From Antedon mediterranea (Eukaryota; Animalia; Echinodermata), in contig NC_092676.1 in NCBI RefSeq assembly GCF_964355755.1, positions 3,821,888-3,885,887 of the forward strand: a DNA stretch of 64,000 bases, read 5' to 3'. The translations under genes and the position numbers were made by a program. Shown here one piece after another: positions 1 to 12,700 of this stretch (position 1 is its first letter; every line of letters begins with the position of its first letter). The notes under the pieces were generated by a model, which was given only the letters and a program-made list of their open reading frames with translations, was not told where the DNA came from and did no database searches.

Positions 1-122
1 TACCACAAATCAATGCAATAGATTGAGGAGAGAGAGGGTAGGGACGCTGCCATTCTGTCCTATCTCCCTACCCCTCCCCCCACCTTCCCGACAATGCTTA
101 CAAAATATTGGCATTACAATAA

Positions 123-301
123 AGCGTGGTTCCCACTAGCGACGCAACACAAGGACGTAACGCAACGCAAGTGAATTGACCAATCACAAGCGATGGCTTA
201 TTCGCTTGAGATTGCTAACTGTCTATAACTTCGCTTGTCATTGGTTAAAACGCTTGCGTTGCGTTTACGTCCATGCGTTACGTTCTAGTGGGAACCAAGC
301 T
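123..301. mobile_element. MITE family A (179 bp, PIF/Harbinger-like)
   Basis: TIR agcgtggttcccactag...ctagtgggaaccaagct with TAA duplication. Near-identical copies at 22740-22918, 23925-24103, 24744-24925, 24969-25141, 41602-42584 (split), and partial at 38865-39023. Confidence 0.9.
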
Positions 302-1229
302 TAAACGAATACATATAATTTTCGAAATAATCGAATTTGCGCACGTATAAAGCTCAACTTTAGCACGCTATATTGTTTGCGTGTGTTTTGGTGTTAGTGA
401 ACTTTTAGGCACACATTTGACCTCAACCTTTTTTAATACTTCCTCTATGTTTCCTACTAAACTAACATTTCCGGTTATCAAATCTATTTGGAAAAAGGTA
501 TAGGCCTATTCGACCTAGTAATAACACAAAACCGTAAAATACAGTATTTAGGCCTACCGTACTATTTGAGATGATTAATTATTGATATTATGTATACTAA
601 AAACTGTGAGGCCCTAAAATTACTTCAATAAGATCAGGATTTAAAAATCTCTCCGGAGTGACCGAAATAGTTAGGCCTACATTGATCCTATTATATCAAA
701 CGGTAGCTTACTCATGAAATGGAATGGGCGCGCAGTGCGGTTTCCACTACATGGGTTGAAACATTAAAATGTACCCTCAATAAACAGTATAGCCATAGTC
801 GATGTTATTCAAATATTAGTAAAATTAAAAATCGAAAGATTTCCACTGCATTGGCAAATAGAAATATGTGATGATGTGGTAAAATATTATCTCTAATATC
901 GTCTGGTCCCTACTAATGTGACCTATTGCAAAAGTGCGTCAAAGTTGGTGACCAAGAGCTCGGCTAGTTCACATATAGAACAAAGATTACCAGTTTGTCC
1001 CACAGAACCGCGCCCAGATGTGGGTATTATAATCAACCTACTTCATCAGGACTGGAACCGTACATTGTGTGCCGTGTAAATACATTTAGAGCTGATCATA
1101 CATTAAAGTAGGCCCAATACTTCAAATTGTAGATTCAATGTCAACATCATTATCTAATCTAGCTTGCATCGTCACATATTTTGTAATCAGTAATTTTATT
1201 AATTCTCTCGAGGTTAAAAAAATTGGAAT

Positions 1230-1377
1230 AAGCGTGGTTCTCACAACCTACGCGTAACGCAAGTGATTTTACCAATCACCAGTGATGGATTTAATATTCG
1301 AACTGCGTTTGTATAATTGGTCAACTAGCTTGCGTTACGCCTACGTCATTGCGTTACGTCCTAGTGGGAACCAAGCT
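1230..1377. mobile_element. Diverged MITE-A relative
   Basis: Same terminal sequence (agcgtggttc...gggaaccaagct) with a degraded interior. Confidence 0.7.
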
Positions 1378-3352
1378 TAATCGATGGATCACCCAACTGT
1401 TTGTGATTGGTCAAACTCATTTGCGTTGTACTTATTGTCAATGCGTTGTGTCCTAATGAAAAATCAAGCTATTTGAATCATAGAGGAAGTAACAATTCGT
1501 CGACCATTCCGGGTATTATGTACAATTCACAGACCTAACGTGACATGCTAACTTATATGACAGCGTATTTCGGTTCCGGCGTACTTGGAATTTTCATTTT
1601 ATTCTCAGAATACACCTATTAAGACACACCTTAAAAAAATGTTATGAATATTTATAAGTTTTAAATATTAATATTACAATATTATAATAGTATGATTAGG
1701 TCCTATCCAAAGTGTTGTTTAGCTTCCCTTCATATTTTATGACATGAATAATGATACTAATAGCATGCGAATTAAGTATTTAGTGTTTATAAATAAGAAT
1801 CCTTAAACACTTGTATGTTGTCTGATACTTTGTTGCGGAACTTCTGACAGCATTGCCTACAATGTTAACTTTGTCAAAATCTAACATGACACACGGCACC
1901 CATTACATTGCTACATGAGAGGCAGGGTATGTTCAATGTGTCGTTGAGGAGTCCTAGAGTGTTTCCTTGGTGTAGCATGATGCATAACCTCGCTTACTGT
2001 GGAGGTGTAATATATGCTACTTGGGGGAACCCCAGTGGAGTGTTGGACTTTTTAAAAAAACTTATTCGAAATCTATGATTCTGTTACTTTCTTTCTTTCC
2101 CTGATACATGACTGTTATCAGTCCGTTGTTTTTTTTTTCTCTTTTGTGGCGTAAACACCACTTTTATTCGCATTCATATTTTCTTTCATGTCATTACATA
2201 CAATCATAACATCCTTCAAACAGTACCGTAACATTTTTGAATTCCGTATTACCTCCTTTTTTTAATTAATCTTATATTTTTCTATACACTTACAAAAGTC
2301 CTTTGTCGTTTTGTTTTAGAACATCAATTCATATTAACTCGTATTTCCACTGACAGTCTTTCACAAGTCGCGGAAAAACTTTTCAAATCTTGGAAAAATT
2401 CATCACAACAAAAAAAGAAGATTAATAAGAATAATAGTGTCATGGCCAATAACATTTCAATTATGTCGGTCAAAACTTATGTTACTTACAGACTGAAAAA
2501 TAAATAATATATTATATTATAGGCTCCTATATGCTTATATAATCAAATCACATCCCTCCATTTTGGCTTGTTTAATGTCTGCGTTCAAATTAAAATACGA
2601 AAAAAGTGGGTACTCGATCCGTACGGTCCGCGGTCAAAAAGTTCCTTGAATACCCACGTCATAAGAAGTACACTGGTCAGTTGACACGCGTAGTGACCAC
2701 TAGATACTAGGTACACAGTTTATAAACATCTGTTAGGCATACACTTAAATCCAAGTAATATTTACATAAACCGTGTGGATGTGTTTACAAACGGTAATTG
2801 TGTTAATATATGACAACATGCGAATCAGGTTGTTAAATGCCTTGTCAACAAGCTGTTATATATTAATAATTCAAGCGATAAAGGTTGATAAAAGAAACAC
2901 GAAATGAAAGAACCGTACTCTTTTATTCATAATATTCTCGCCGTAAATACGCCTTTTAAGTGCCTTCAATGAGAAGGCTGACAAAGGCTTGAATATTTGT
3001 TCAAGTCGAATCACTTAAAAGATTGAATTCTTATTTTTAAGAATTAATATTGAATGACAATGGTCAGCTCAAGGCATGTTTTTTTTAGCTAAAAAGACGT
3101 GTTTCATATTTGTTGAAGGCGACTTAATTCAATCGATCATTTTTCGTATTTAAATCGAGTGTATAACTTATAAGTTTAGTTTAGTTTAAAGAGGGCGCAC
3201 TTTAATACATTTTCTTCTCAGGTTTTCTTCAGTTTTTGCATTGCCCCTTGATATTCCTGTGTATATTTTATATGAAAGTTAAAAAAATATTTTAATTTTT
3301 TTTTTAAATAAGAATTGGATTTTTATTTTTCAATCTTGATATTTCTTTGCAG

Positions 3353-3912
3353 ATATGACCATGTGTACTCAATTGACGGATGTTAGTAACTCAACTATAG
3401 AAATCACAAGTCGATCCGATGGTTTTCGCGACTGTATGGAAGAAACAATTAGATATCTTATTGAAAATGAGGGATTCCCTTCTGAACATCCAGTAATCTT
3501 ACGCTTGAGGGCGCACTTACAGCAACGATTGGAACTCTGCGGACATAACAATGGACAAACACAGTTAACGAACCATACAGAGTGTATAAGTAAAACGATT
3601 CCAATGATTCCGCATGGAAGTCCAGCCATTCCGACCGGTGCTGTTGAAACCAGCGATAGACCACTGACAGACATTATGAAGCCTTTGACCATTGACACGC
3701 GGTATCAGTACGCCATACCGGAATCGATCAGCCAACACCTTACGCAGGACTCACAAAATAATAATAGCACCCTCAATCGTTGTTTGATCTCGAATAACAG
3801 TTTGCTGGCAGTTGTGCCTGAAACAAACGGATACAATGCAATATATCAGCCAATCAACAACCTTCGCTACTATATCCGCAACAAATGCACGCAACAAACT
3901 GTTCAACAGTGA
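3353..3912 (+). CDS. Terminal coding exon of a Hey/HES-family bHLH-Orange transcription factor (upstream bHLH exons not found in the window)
   Basis: Acceptor ttctttgcAG ends at 3352 (phase 1). The translation GFRDCMEETIRYLIENEGFPSEHPVILRLRAHL resembles the Hey Orange domain (GFRECLAEVARYL...DPLRVRLVSHL). Stop TGA at 3910-3912. Confidence 0.72.
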
Positions 3913-3929
3913 CGAGAGCAGGTTTCAAC

Positions 3930-4097
3930 TTGAACTATGTAGCGCCGTACGTTATGGCATGGGTTCGGCCACAACAACCAAATATGGCTACATGAGGACT
4001 TGAACCAATGACACTGGAACAAAATTGTAGCACCGTACGTTATGGCGTGGGTTCGGCCACAACAGGACTTAAACCAACGACACTGGAACAAAATTTA
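3930..4097. repeat. Imperfect tandem duplication (~80 bp) just after the Orange-domain gene stop codon
   Basis: ccgtacgttatggc(a/g)tgggttcggccacaaca and gacactggaacaaaatt each occur twice. Confidence 0.8.
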
Positions 4098-4829
4098 CCA
4101 GTTCAAAAAACCGTAGTTTTTATTGCATTTTATCTGAACATAATTTGTTTGCATAAAATTGATAACATTGATTTTGTTACAAAGTTATTTTTTCACATTC
4201 GTTTTGTACTTATTATTGTTAACCAAAAGAAGAAACAATTTTTTGTGAGTAGTAGCTCATAAAAATATAAAGATCTAATGTTAGGTTTGTGAACAGATAG
4301 GTTGAGGCACAGTTGTACTGAACAATTCTCACATTATTTTATAAATATTATTTTATTATTATTTTGGGATATTGTGTATAGATTGATTGGATATCCTTCT
4401 AAAGTAAAATACTCAATCAATAAGTTTATAAATAATCAAAAAGTTAAAAAGAATATCGAATAATCCCCAACTGAATATCAAATAACCCCTAACTCATATC
4501 CCATGTTGTCCAGGAAAATAAAATCAATTTTTAAATTTACTACAGGACTAAAAAAAATGTAGTACCTTTGTTTTTATTTCAGTATTTTGCCTTTAATAAA
4601 AATACTCAAATTAGAAAGAGGATGGAGTGTAAAAGAAACCGGTATCAATAATTTACGATTACCAATATTTTCAAAATATTGGAATATTAAGAATTTCTGC
4701 TCTTTATTGAATAAACGTATTCAAAAATATTTTATATTTTTGTGTATTTTTCATATTTTCATTAAATATTAATAAGATTAAATTTACTATTAAAAATCAT
4801 ATAAAATATTATAAAAAAGTGATTGTATA

Positions 4830-4977
4830 CCATGGAGCGGCTCCTTTGAGAGACCTCTATTAAGGGGACACTCACAAATCGAACAAGAGGAAATATGTTT
4901 TTTAACACTGCTACCAACCCCTATTAAGGGACACTTTGTTGGGTCTCAAAGCTGTCCCCTTAATAGAGGTTCTGCTG
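4830..4977. mobile_element. Degraded Tigger/pogo-like MITE in the CRYL1 3' region
   Basis: Inverted acctctattaaggggaca / tgtccccttaatagaggt, ending in ctgctgTA. Confidence 0.55.
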
Positions 4978-4996
4978 TATTTCAGTAAACTAGTTG

Positions 4997-7900
4997 TTAC
5001 TTCTGTTCTACATCCATATCTTTCTTCAGCTTGGCGAGACCTAGGAGCCGTGCGTCCCTCCATTGATGTCTCTCCTCTAGCTTGTCGAGAGGTATCTGCG
5101 AATTCATATCCTTGACTATTTCGTTGAGTGCGGCACCGTCGAAAGTTGGCACTGGCCCAAAATCTGCTGAAACTGATTTCATACTTGACGCATATCGATC
5201 TATATAATTTTGCATACCTGGTGATGAATTATAAATGTAATATTATAAGAATATTAAATATTAATTCATTAATTAGCATGAATGCTTAAATGCTTTTGAC
5301 AGACTATTGACATTTTAGCACTACTTTTCCGTTTACCAACCAACCACCCTCCCACCTAAAAAAAAAACTCCACCCCGACCGTTTAAAACTAGTGTAACAG
5401 ATTATATAAGTGGCAACTAACAAATTGTAGTTACATCATTCATACTCTTTAATTATACGCTTAAATTGCTGGTAGCCAATTTATGTATGTTATGCACACA
5501 TTACCAACAGCTAAGCGTTCCATTAGAAGGACAAGGCTATGATCATGGCTAAACCTTCGCACAGCACTATCAAATGTTAATCAACTTTGAGAAAAGAGAT
5601 TATAATGCTAATATATAATTGCATTTTTGTATCGTATCACTTTATATTTGGATTCTCTCCTATCAGGTTTAATATCATGCTTGATAACATTACAGTAACT
5701 TAATCAGGTGTGACCTCTTGAACTCTCTAAAAACTAAATTCATTTTCTTGGTAAGAGGATTATAGATATCTTATATGGAACATCCATAGATTAACATCAT
5801 TAATGACTAATTTCAATATATAAAGTAATCTGATTATTTTGTATTATTAGGTTCTGTCTATCTAACAAATTAGTGTGATGTGCCCAAATATGGTAGTGAT
5901 ATTCCCTAATATGGTATAGTGATATGACATCATCATCATGTCCATATATGGGCACATCACATTGCTTTATCACATAAAGATAGTGTAGATAGAGCTTTAG
6001 TGGAGAAACTTAATATCGAAAATACAATCCTATTTGGGCAATTATGAAGATAAACGAGAGATCAGTAATTTATTTAAGCTACTATCAGCACTTCCTCATT
6101 TCAGAAATCGTGGAACCACCCCTGGATAGGAAAGGCTTGAAATTTTACCTTCAGCGTTAAGATGCATGACTTCAAACGGACCAAGAAAAGCGTAGCGTGG
6201 GCCTAGCCCAGCTGTCATTACCTTATCCACATCCTCAGCTGACATTACACCATCCTAAGAATAATAAGAAGTTAAGAGCATTAGCAAGCAGATTAGCAGA
6301 CTAATCTGTACCAGCTTGAATAAGTTCAGATGCCTAAATACATTTTAAGCATCAATGGAGAATGATTGGTAAAAGACTGATAAGTACAACTAAAAGTAAA
6401 CGTATAGAAACAATATAAAAAAACAAAAAAAGAAAATCAGTAAAAAGTATTTGAAATATTAAAATTTTTTAAAAGCGTGGTTCCCACTAGAGATGGAATG
6501 TAAAGCAAATATGCAACATAAGAAAATGTCGTGAGGTGGTTTCCCGAAAGATTGTAAAATCAAAACGGTACTGGGTATGACCAACTAGCGTTCTTGTCAC
6601 CAACTAGTCATCCATTCATAGAAGTACTGATGTAGTAGCCTATCTGTACGGTGACCATAGAATGTGACTCGAGACATGACTAACTACGACTTTTAGTTGA
6701 TAGAAGATTGCCCTTCCAATAATTGTGTTTGACCGTAGACTCTGAACCTGGTTCAGGCCGCATACTTTGTTATAAGCTGTACTATGTTTTCCAGTGTTCT
6801 TGCAAACTGATTTTATTTCCTGTAACAATGTTTGCAGTACGTCGGTTCCCACTTGTGATTACGCAATACAGCACTATGGTCGATAGTTCTAGTGGGAACC
6901 ACGCTTAAGTAACAATTTGATGAAAAAAGACAATCGAGTATATATACAATGATATTAAACTACCTGAACAAGACGCCAGCATTCTCCGATGATTGCATAT
7001 TGGATACGATTTAAAGCAAACCCTGGCAACTCTTTTTTAATCAACACAGGGACTTGACCGATCTCCGTCATTAATTCTTTCGTTCGTTCCACCACATTTT
7101 TCTGTGTCCAGCGAGACGGAATAACTTCCATAAGGGGCACATAATAAGGCGGATTTACCTGCCAAAAAAAATTTAGGTTTTTAAGTATTTAGATTATAGT
7201 ATATTGATATTATTATTATTTTTATAATAATTTTTTAAATTAATACTGTAACATACTAACTGGATGACAAACTATGCATTGTTCACGCTTGGGTAGTTCT
7301 TCTGTGAATAGAGAGGGCGCTAGACATGAAGTTGAGCTTGAGATAACAGCACTTTCATCTGCATATTTATCAAGATTTTTAAAAACAGACTTTTTTAGGT
7401 CTAGATTTTCTGGTACACATTCCTAAAAACAAACAAAAAAATATAAGTAATACATTAAGAGTGGAGCTGTAGCTTGGTGATTAAGGGGCTTGCCTTCCAA
7501 TCCCAAAATCCAGGGTTCAATCCTGACCTAGTGGCAGGGTTCAATCCTGACCTAGTGGCAGGGTTCAATCCTGACCTAGTGGCAGGGTTCAATCCTGACC
7601 TAGTGGCAGGGTTCAATCCTGACCTAGTGGCAGGGTTGTAACTCACGACTCTTTCAACTCCACTCCCTAAGCCTCAAATGAGACTTAGTTTATAATCTCG
7701 ATAAATTCAAATATAATTAATATCCATCCTGTAATTGGTAAGTTTGTGCTCGCTGTTGGATGCGTATAAAATATAAAAAAAAGGTGAAATAATACTTTTA
7801 ATAAAATAATGTTTCTTTTTACCTGAATATGTTTTGCACCAGTAATAGTTTTTTCTAGGTCATTGCTGCCTGATATCAAATTAAACTGTTCATTCACACT

Positions 7901-9469
7901 CAATGTTCCTCTTAACATGCCAGACTTCTTGACAGCTTCTAACTGAATTTTAATATCACTTAATGCGGACGTAACCTAGGAAACAATAATCAACATTTAA
8001 TGTTAATATTTTTAATTAATTAATCATCAATATAAAAAAATCAGAGTGCATTAGGTTAAGTGATCATATTTGTACAATATTATTATATTGAGGCATAAAA
8101 AATGTTTAAAGAGAATGTGTATATATTTATTAAACAGCTCAATGAAGGATTATATAGAGGAAGAATACAATGGACATACTAATAAGAATATATCCACCAC
8201 TCCAGAAATATTATGATATATTTTAATTAAAGTTGCAAAACACAAAAGAAAACCAGTTATAATCCCATGCTCAAATATAATGCACTTTTCAATTTATGAC
8301 CCCACTATACAACCCCCTGACATTTGTCCGATGTGCGTCATACCTTATGAATAACATGATGCACCCGTGCATCAAAAACGTGCCTTACCTTTAGGTGACC
8401 ATGACGCACCCATTTTGACGCACTGTGACCATGTTGTTTATGATATGGTGGTTAGAAAAGTGACAGACATTGACACACCATCGTTCATTGATGTGACGTA
8501 CCATCTAGGTTGTTTGATGCACCCCTGCATCGGTTATTATTTGTAAATGACGCACCACTCCAGGGGTCGTATAGTGGGTCATACAATTGATACGTGCATA
8601 ATTAACACACAATAATTTGGTAATTCATTCCATTGTTAATTCAGTCCAAATTTAATCAAGGTACCAACATTTTAACAAATATTGTATCCAGGGACAGACA
8701 CGGTATATCATTCTTTTTTACATTAAAAAGAATATTAAATATGAATATTTAGAATGTGAAAATGACCTGTTCATCTTTGATATCATAAAGGACTACATTG
8801 TATCCTGCACCAGCAAACAGCATGGCCCAACTTCGTCCAATCAAACCACTGAAAGGTGAGCAAAATACCAAATTTTAAAGAAGAGCAGTTACCATGTTTT
8901 ATTGGGAATAACCTGTGTTGTGGTCATCATGATGATGAGCCCACAGGCCTGGAATTTAGTTATTAAAATCTAATATTTTTCTTTTGACTTTTGTCAATCA
9001 TGTCCTTGATTGATCCTTAAAAATAAAATGAATTATTATTAATTATAAAATAAATTCCATTTATTCATCTTACCACATAGCAGACAGTGGGTGGTAGATA
9101 ACACCATGCGGCTCCCTCCAAAACCCGCCATGCGGCTCCCTCCAAAACCCGCCATGCAACTACTCTCTGCCGTATTATACCGCCGTTAGTCGGCCTACTT
9201 AACTACTGCTACTACTCTATAGCCTAGCCTAGCTAGCTATCTAGGCTAGGAGGCTAGCTAATAAGCCTTTAGGGCCTAGGCCTGGCCCTACTATTATAGA
9301 GGCTAGAATGTACTAGCTAGCCTAGCTTACTAGGGCCTAGGCCTAGCTAGCCTACTAAAACAAGTACTACTACTCTAGCCTAGGCCACTGTAACTTAATA
9401 ACAGTTATACCTCCCGACAATAGCAATTTTCTCTTTTTTAAGAGTAGTTTTTACGGAGTTTGAGGCCAT
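4997..9469 (-). CDS. CRYL1: Lambda-crystallin homolog / L-gulonate 3-dehydrogenase, 7 exons, 325 aa
   Basis: Exons 9411-9469, 8767-8848, 7823-7975, 7261-7422, 6964-7158, 6149-6254, 4997-5217; all GT-AG, phases consistent, 978 nt. Motifs: Rossmann [92 protein letters not shown]. Confidence 0.96.
6474..6905. mobile_element. MITE family B (shares TIRs with family A), carrying a ~180 bp nested insert
   Basis: TIR agcgtggttcccactag...ctagtgggaaccacgct. Interior matches copies at 23609-23819, 35542-35746, 38742-38860 and 60032-60177. Foreign segment at about 6529-6709. Confidence 0.8.
7463..7690 (+). mobile_element. tRNA-derived SINE with an amplified B-box
   Basis: A-box-like tagcttggtgatt, then five tandem 24-bp units containing ggttcaatcc (7511-7630). 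A related single-B-box remnant lies at about 26320-26390. Confidence 0.65.
8281..8598. mobile_element. MITE family D, inverted and more diverged copy
   Basis: Interior is the reverse complement of 10932-11269; TAA flanks. A third fragment lies at 11951-12018. Confidence 0.85.
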
Positions 9470-9760
9470 GATTATTTTTCTAAAACGGGGATATCAGGTG
9501 ATATATCGGACGTCTGCTATCAGTCGCCTGCAATGAAAAATACATTACACCAATTAGTAAATAAAATTAACTAAAAGATAAAATAATTTTCTTCATTTAA
9601 AAAAAAATTATGAATTACTATTTTAAGAGTTTACTGATAAAAATGTAAGATTTCCTATTTGAAAGTATGTTTTACTAAATACTGTATGATAAATTAAATA
9701 AAGGTCAACACCAAATTTGACCCCATCCCATCACTCTTTTGCTTTTCCGATTCGGTCAAA
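9470..9760. promoter_or_regulatory. Shared divergent promoter region of CRYL1 and RPL24, with a TCT/5'TOP pyrimidine initiator for RPL24
   Basis: Only 291 bp between the two start codons. Pyrimidine tract cactcttttgcttttcc (9732-9748) lies just upstream of the RPL24 ATG, as is typical of ribosomal protein gene starts. Confidence 0.75.
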
Positions 9761-12700
9761 ATGAAGTAAGAATATTTTATAAACGTATAAATATTGCTTA
9801 AAAATCATATGTATCGTAAACAATAGTTTTAAATTGTTACTTGTACTGAATGATTAATATATACTCATTTAGTAAATTGATATTTCTTTTTATTCATAGA
9901 CTCGAGCTGTGCAATTACAGTGGATATAAAATCCAACCCGGTCATGGGAAGCGTTACGCTAGGATCGATGGAAAAGTAAGACTGAATTATTGATGGATGA
10001 TAGAGACACGTACCTTACCCTTATTATTATTATTATTATTATTATTATTTATTTCCTTTATTGCATCAAGTAAGCAGTGATGAAGTTGACATAAATATAA
10101 TAGTAAATATGTAAACACATAGTATAACACAGTCCAAACAAGTAATACTAAAATATATCATAGTCCACAAATCAGTCTTTCAATGGCCATCATAGTACAT
10201 CCAGTAACACAAACCAATAGAGGTTCACAATTTGCTTATCATAACTCAGCTACTGATCATTCACCAATAATTGAAAACTCCGTGGAAAGTAATGAAGTTT
10301 TGCTACTGTACTTGCTAGGGTGTAATGATAAATGGCCTAGTTGATAACGATTTTTTTTACAAAGTAAACAACAATATGAATACAAACTCCTTATAATAGT
10401 GGCTACGTCGTAACACCACCTAGCTAGGCGTAAATTAAATCCACAAGCTATGATATCAAACCTAAGGCCTAGGCCTTCACCTATTTATTGAGATGTAGGC
10501 CAGATATGATCGTGGAAGAACGATTTATTTAGTGCACTTTTTTTTTTATTTAAATGGGGCTACTTTTTGTTTACAAAATGAATTGCTACATAAATCTAAA
10601 CAAAATAAAAATAAAAACTGTCAACAAATTTTAAAATAATTTGTTATACTTTCAGGTTTTCAACTTTATGAACGGCAAATGCCAAGCATCCTTCATGATG
10701 CGCCGCAACCCCCGTGAAATCAACTGGACTGTCCTGTACAGACGCAAACACAAGAAGGGAACCCAGGAAGAAGTGATGAAGAAGAGAACAAGACGTACTG
10801 CAAAGTACCAAAGGTCAATCACAGGCGCATCTCTGGCTGACATCATGGCAAAGAGGAACCAGAAACCAGAAGTAAGAAAGGCCCAAAGAGAGCAAGCAGT
10901 CAAGTAAGTACCATTATGACCATCGAAGTAATGCACTTGTCAATTGTATGACCCACTATACGACCCCCGGGAGAGGTGCGTCATGGGTGCGTCATTTACA
11001 AATAATTACTGACGCAGGGGTGCGTCAAAAAACCTAGATGGTACGTCACATCAATGAACAAGGTGTGTCAATGTCCGTCACTTTACCACCCACCATATCA
11101 TAAACAACATGGTCACAGTGCGTCAAAATGGGTGCGTCATGGTCACCTAAAGGTAAGTCACCTTTTTGACGCACTGGTGCGTCATGGTATTCCAAAGTAT
11201 GACGCACATCGGACAAATGAAGCACCTCTCCCGGGGGTCGTATAGTGGGTCATACAATTGACAAGTGCATAAAATCACTCATGCATGCATTTTAAATTTT
11301 AAAAATTGCGTTTTTCCAAGAGATGGATGGTCTAGACCTAGGCGTTGTTTTAGCAGGTCATTAAAAATAAGAAATAATATTTTACCTTTTTTTTAATGTT
11401 TAATGCGCAAAAAAATGGCGATCTAGATTTTCTTAAATTTATGTCGGTTAAAGATGTATATTTCCCCAAAAACATGAAAAATTAAGATTAATTAAATCAG
11501 ACTTTGACTGGTAGCAAATTTGACCATTTTTGCTTAAAATTACAGTTTTTTCAGGTAAATACATTTTTTTAGATCCAATTTTATCCAAAAGTGGATAACT
11601 ATTATGTGACATTAAAATGGCATATTCAACAAAAATTATTTTTCATCTTTTAGCTTGGACAACAGTTTTTTAGGCCTTATCATTACCTCAACTTCTTGTA
11701 AATCATAATTTGTGTATGTCACTGTCAGTATTTAGAAAAAAAAACTGTACTGTTTACAAAAACTCATTGTGTATTTAACGGTCTTTGTAGTATATCAAAT
11801 GGGTTGAAAGCCTTGAAATATTATTTTTTTTTTTTAACCTACATCATATTGAAATTGTTGAATACAATGTTATTTTTTGTAGAGCTGCTAAGGATGCCAA
11901 GCGAAGCAAACAAGCCCAAAAAGTTTCTAAGCCAAGTAAAGTGAGTATAATGCACTAATTGTATGATACACTATACGACCCCTGGGAGAGGTGCGTCATT
12001 TTAATTAAAGACGCAGGGACTGTACAACCAGCACAACCTTACAGATGTTTTTTTTTTCATAACATAACATATCCCTATTTAATATTAGTCCTGTACAAAT
12101 GTAAAAACACAGGTTCCATTGTATATTGACTGTTTTTTTTTTTATTTTGTCAAATTATGATGCCTATTTTTATTATTTTATCCATGCAATTTCTCCCTTT
12201 AAATGTACAATTTAAAACTGTATAGAAACTGATGATAACATGTATTAGGCCCTCTATAGATTTGCAACAGCCAAAATGCCAGTGATCAGCATGCTGATTG
12301 TTGTTAAGCTCTGTCTACACTATCAAACTTATTATGTGACAAAAAAATGTGATGTGCCCATATATGGACATGTCATATCACTACCATAGTTGGATATTTC
12401 GTACTTTTTTTTTATCAAACTAGATTAATAGTGTAGACAGAGCTTTAAACAATTCCTTATAATCTTTTAGGATAATGTTACAAAGTTCTTTAACATACAC
12501 ACATATCCATTATTATGAACACACGGTCAATAAATTAACGTTTCATTGGAAGGGCGAAGCAATTCTGCATTCTCGCATTTCCGGCCGATTCCTTTACCAT
12601 TGCGCAATATCATTCGCAAAATTCAATTTTCAATCAACATCGTCATACAATCCTTCAATGCATAAATTAGATTAGGTTTAAATCTATTAAGATTAAATGC

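Noticed and set aside
3369-3698. Hydrophobic 109-aa minus-strand ORF
   Set aside because: Antisense shadow of the Orange-domain exon.
7455-7646. ORF with NPATRSGL repeats
   Set aside because: It is the antisense reading of the 24-bp B-box tandem repeat in a CRYL1 intron.
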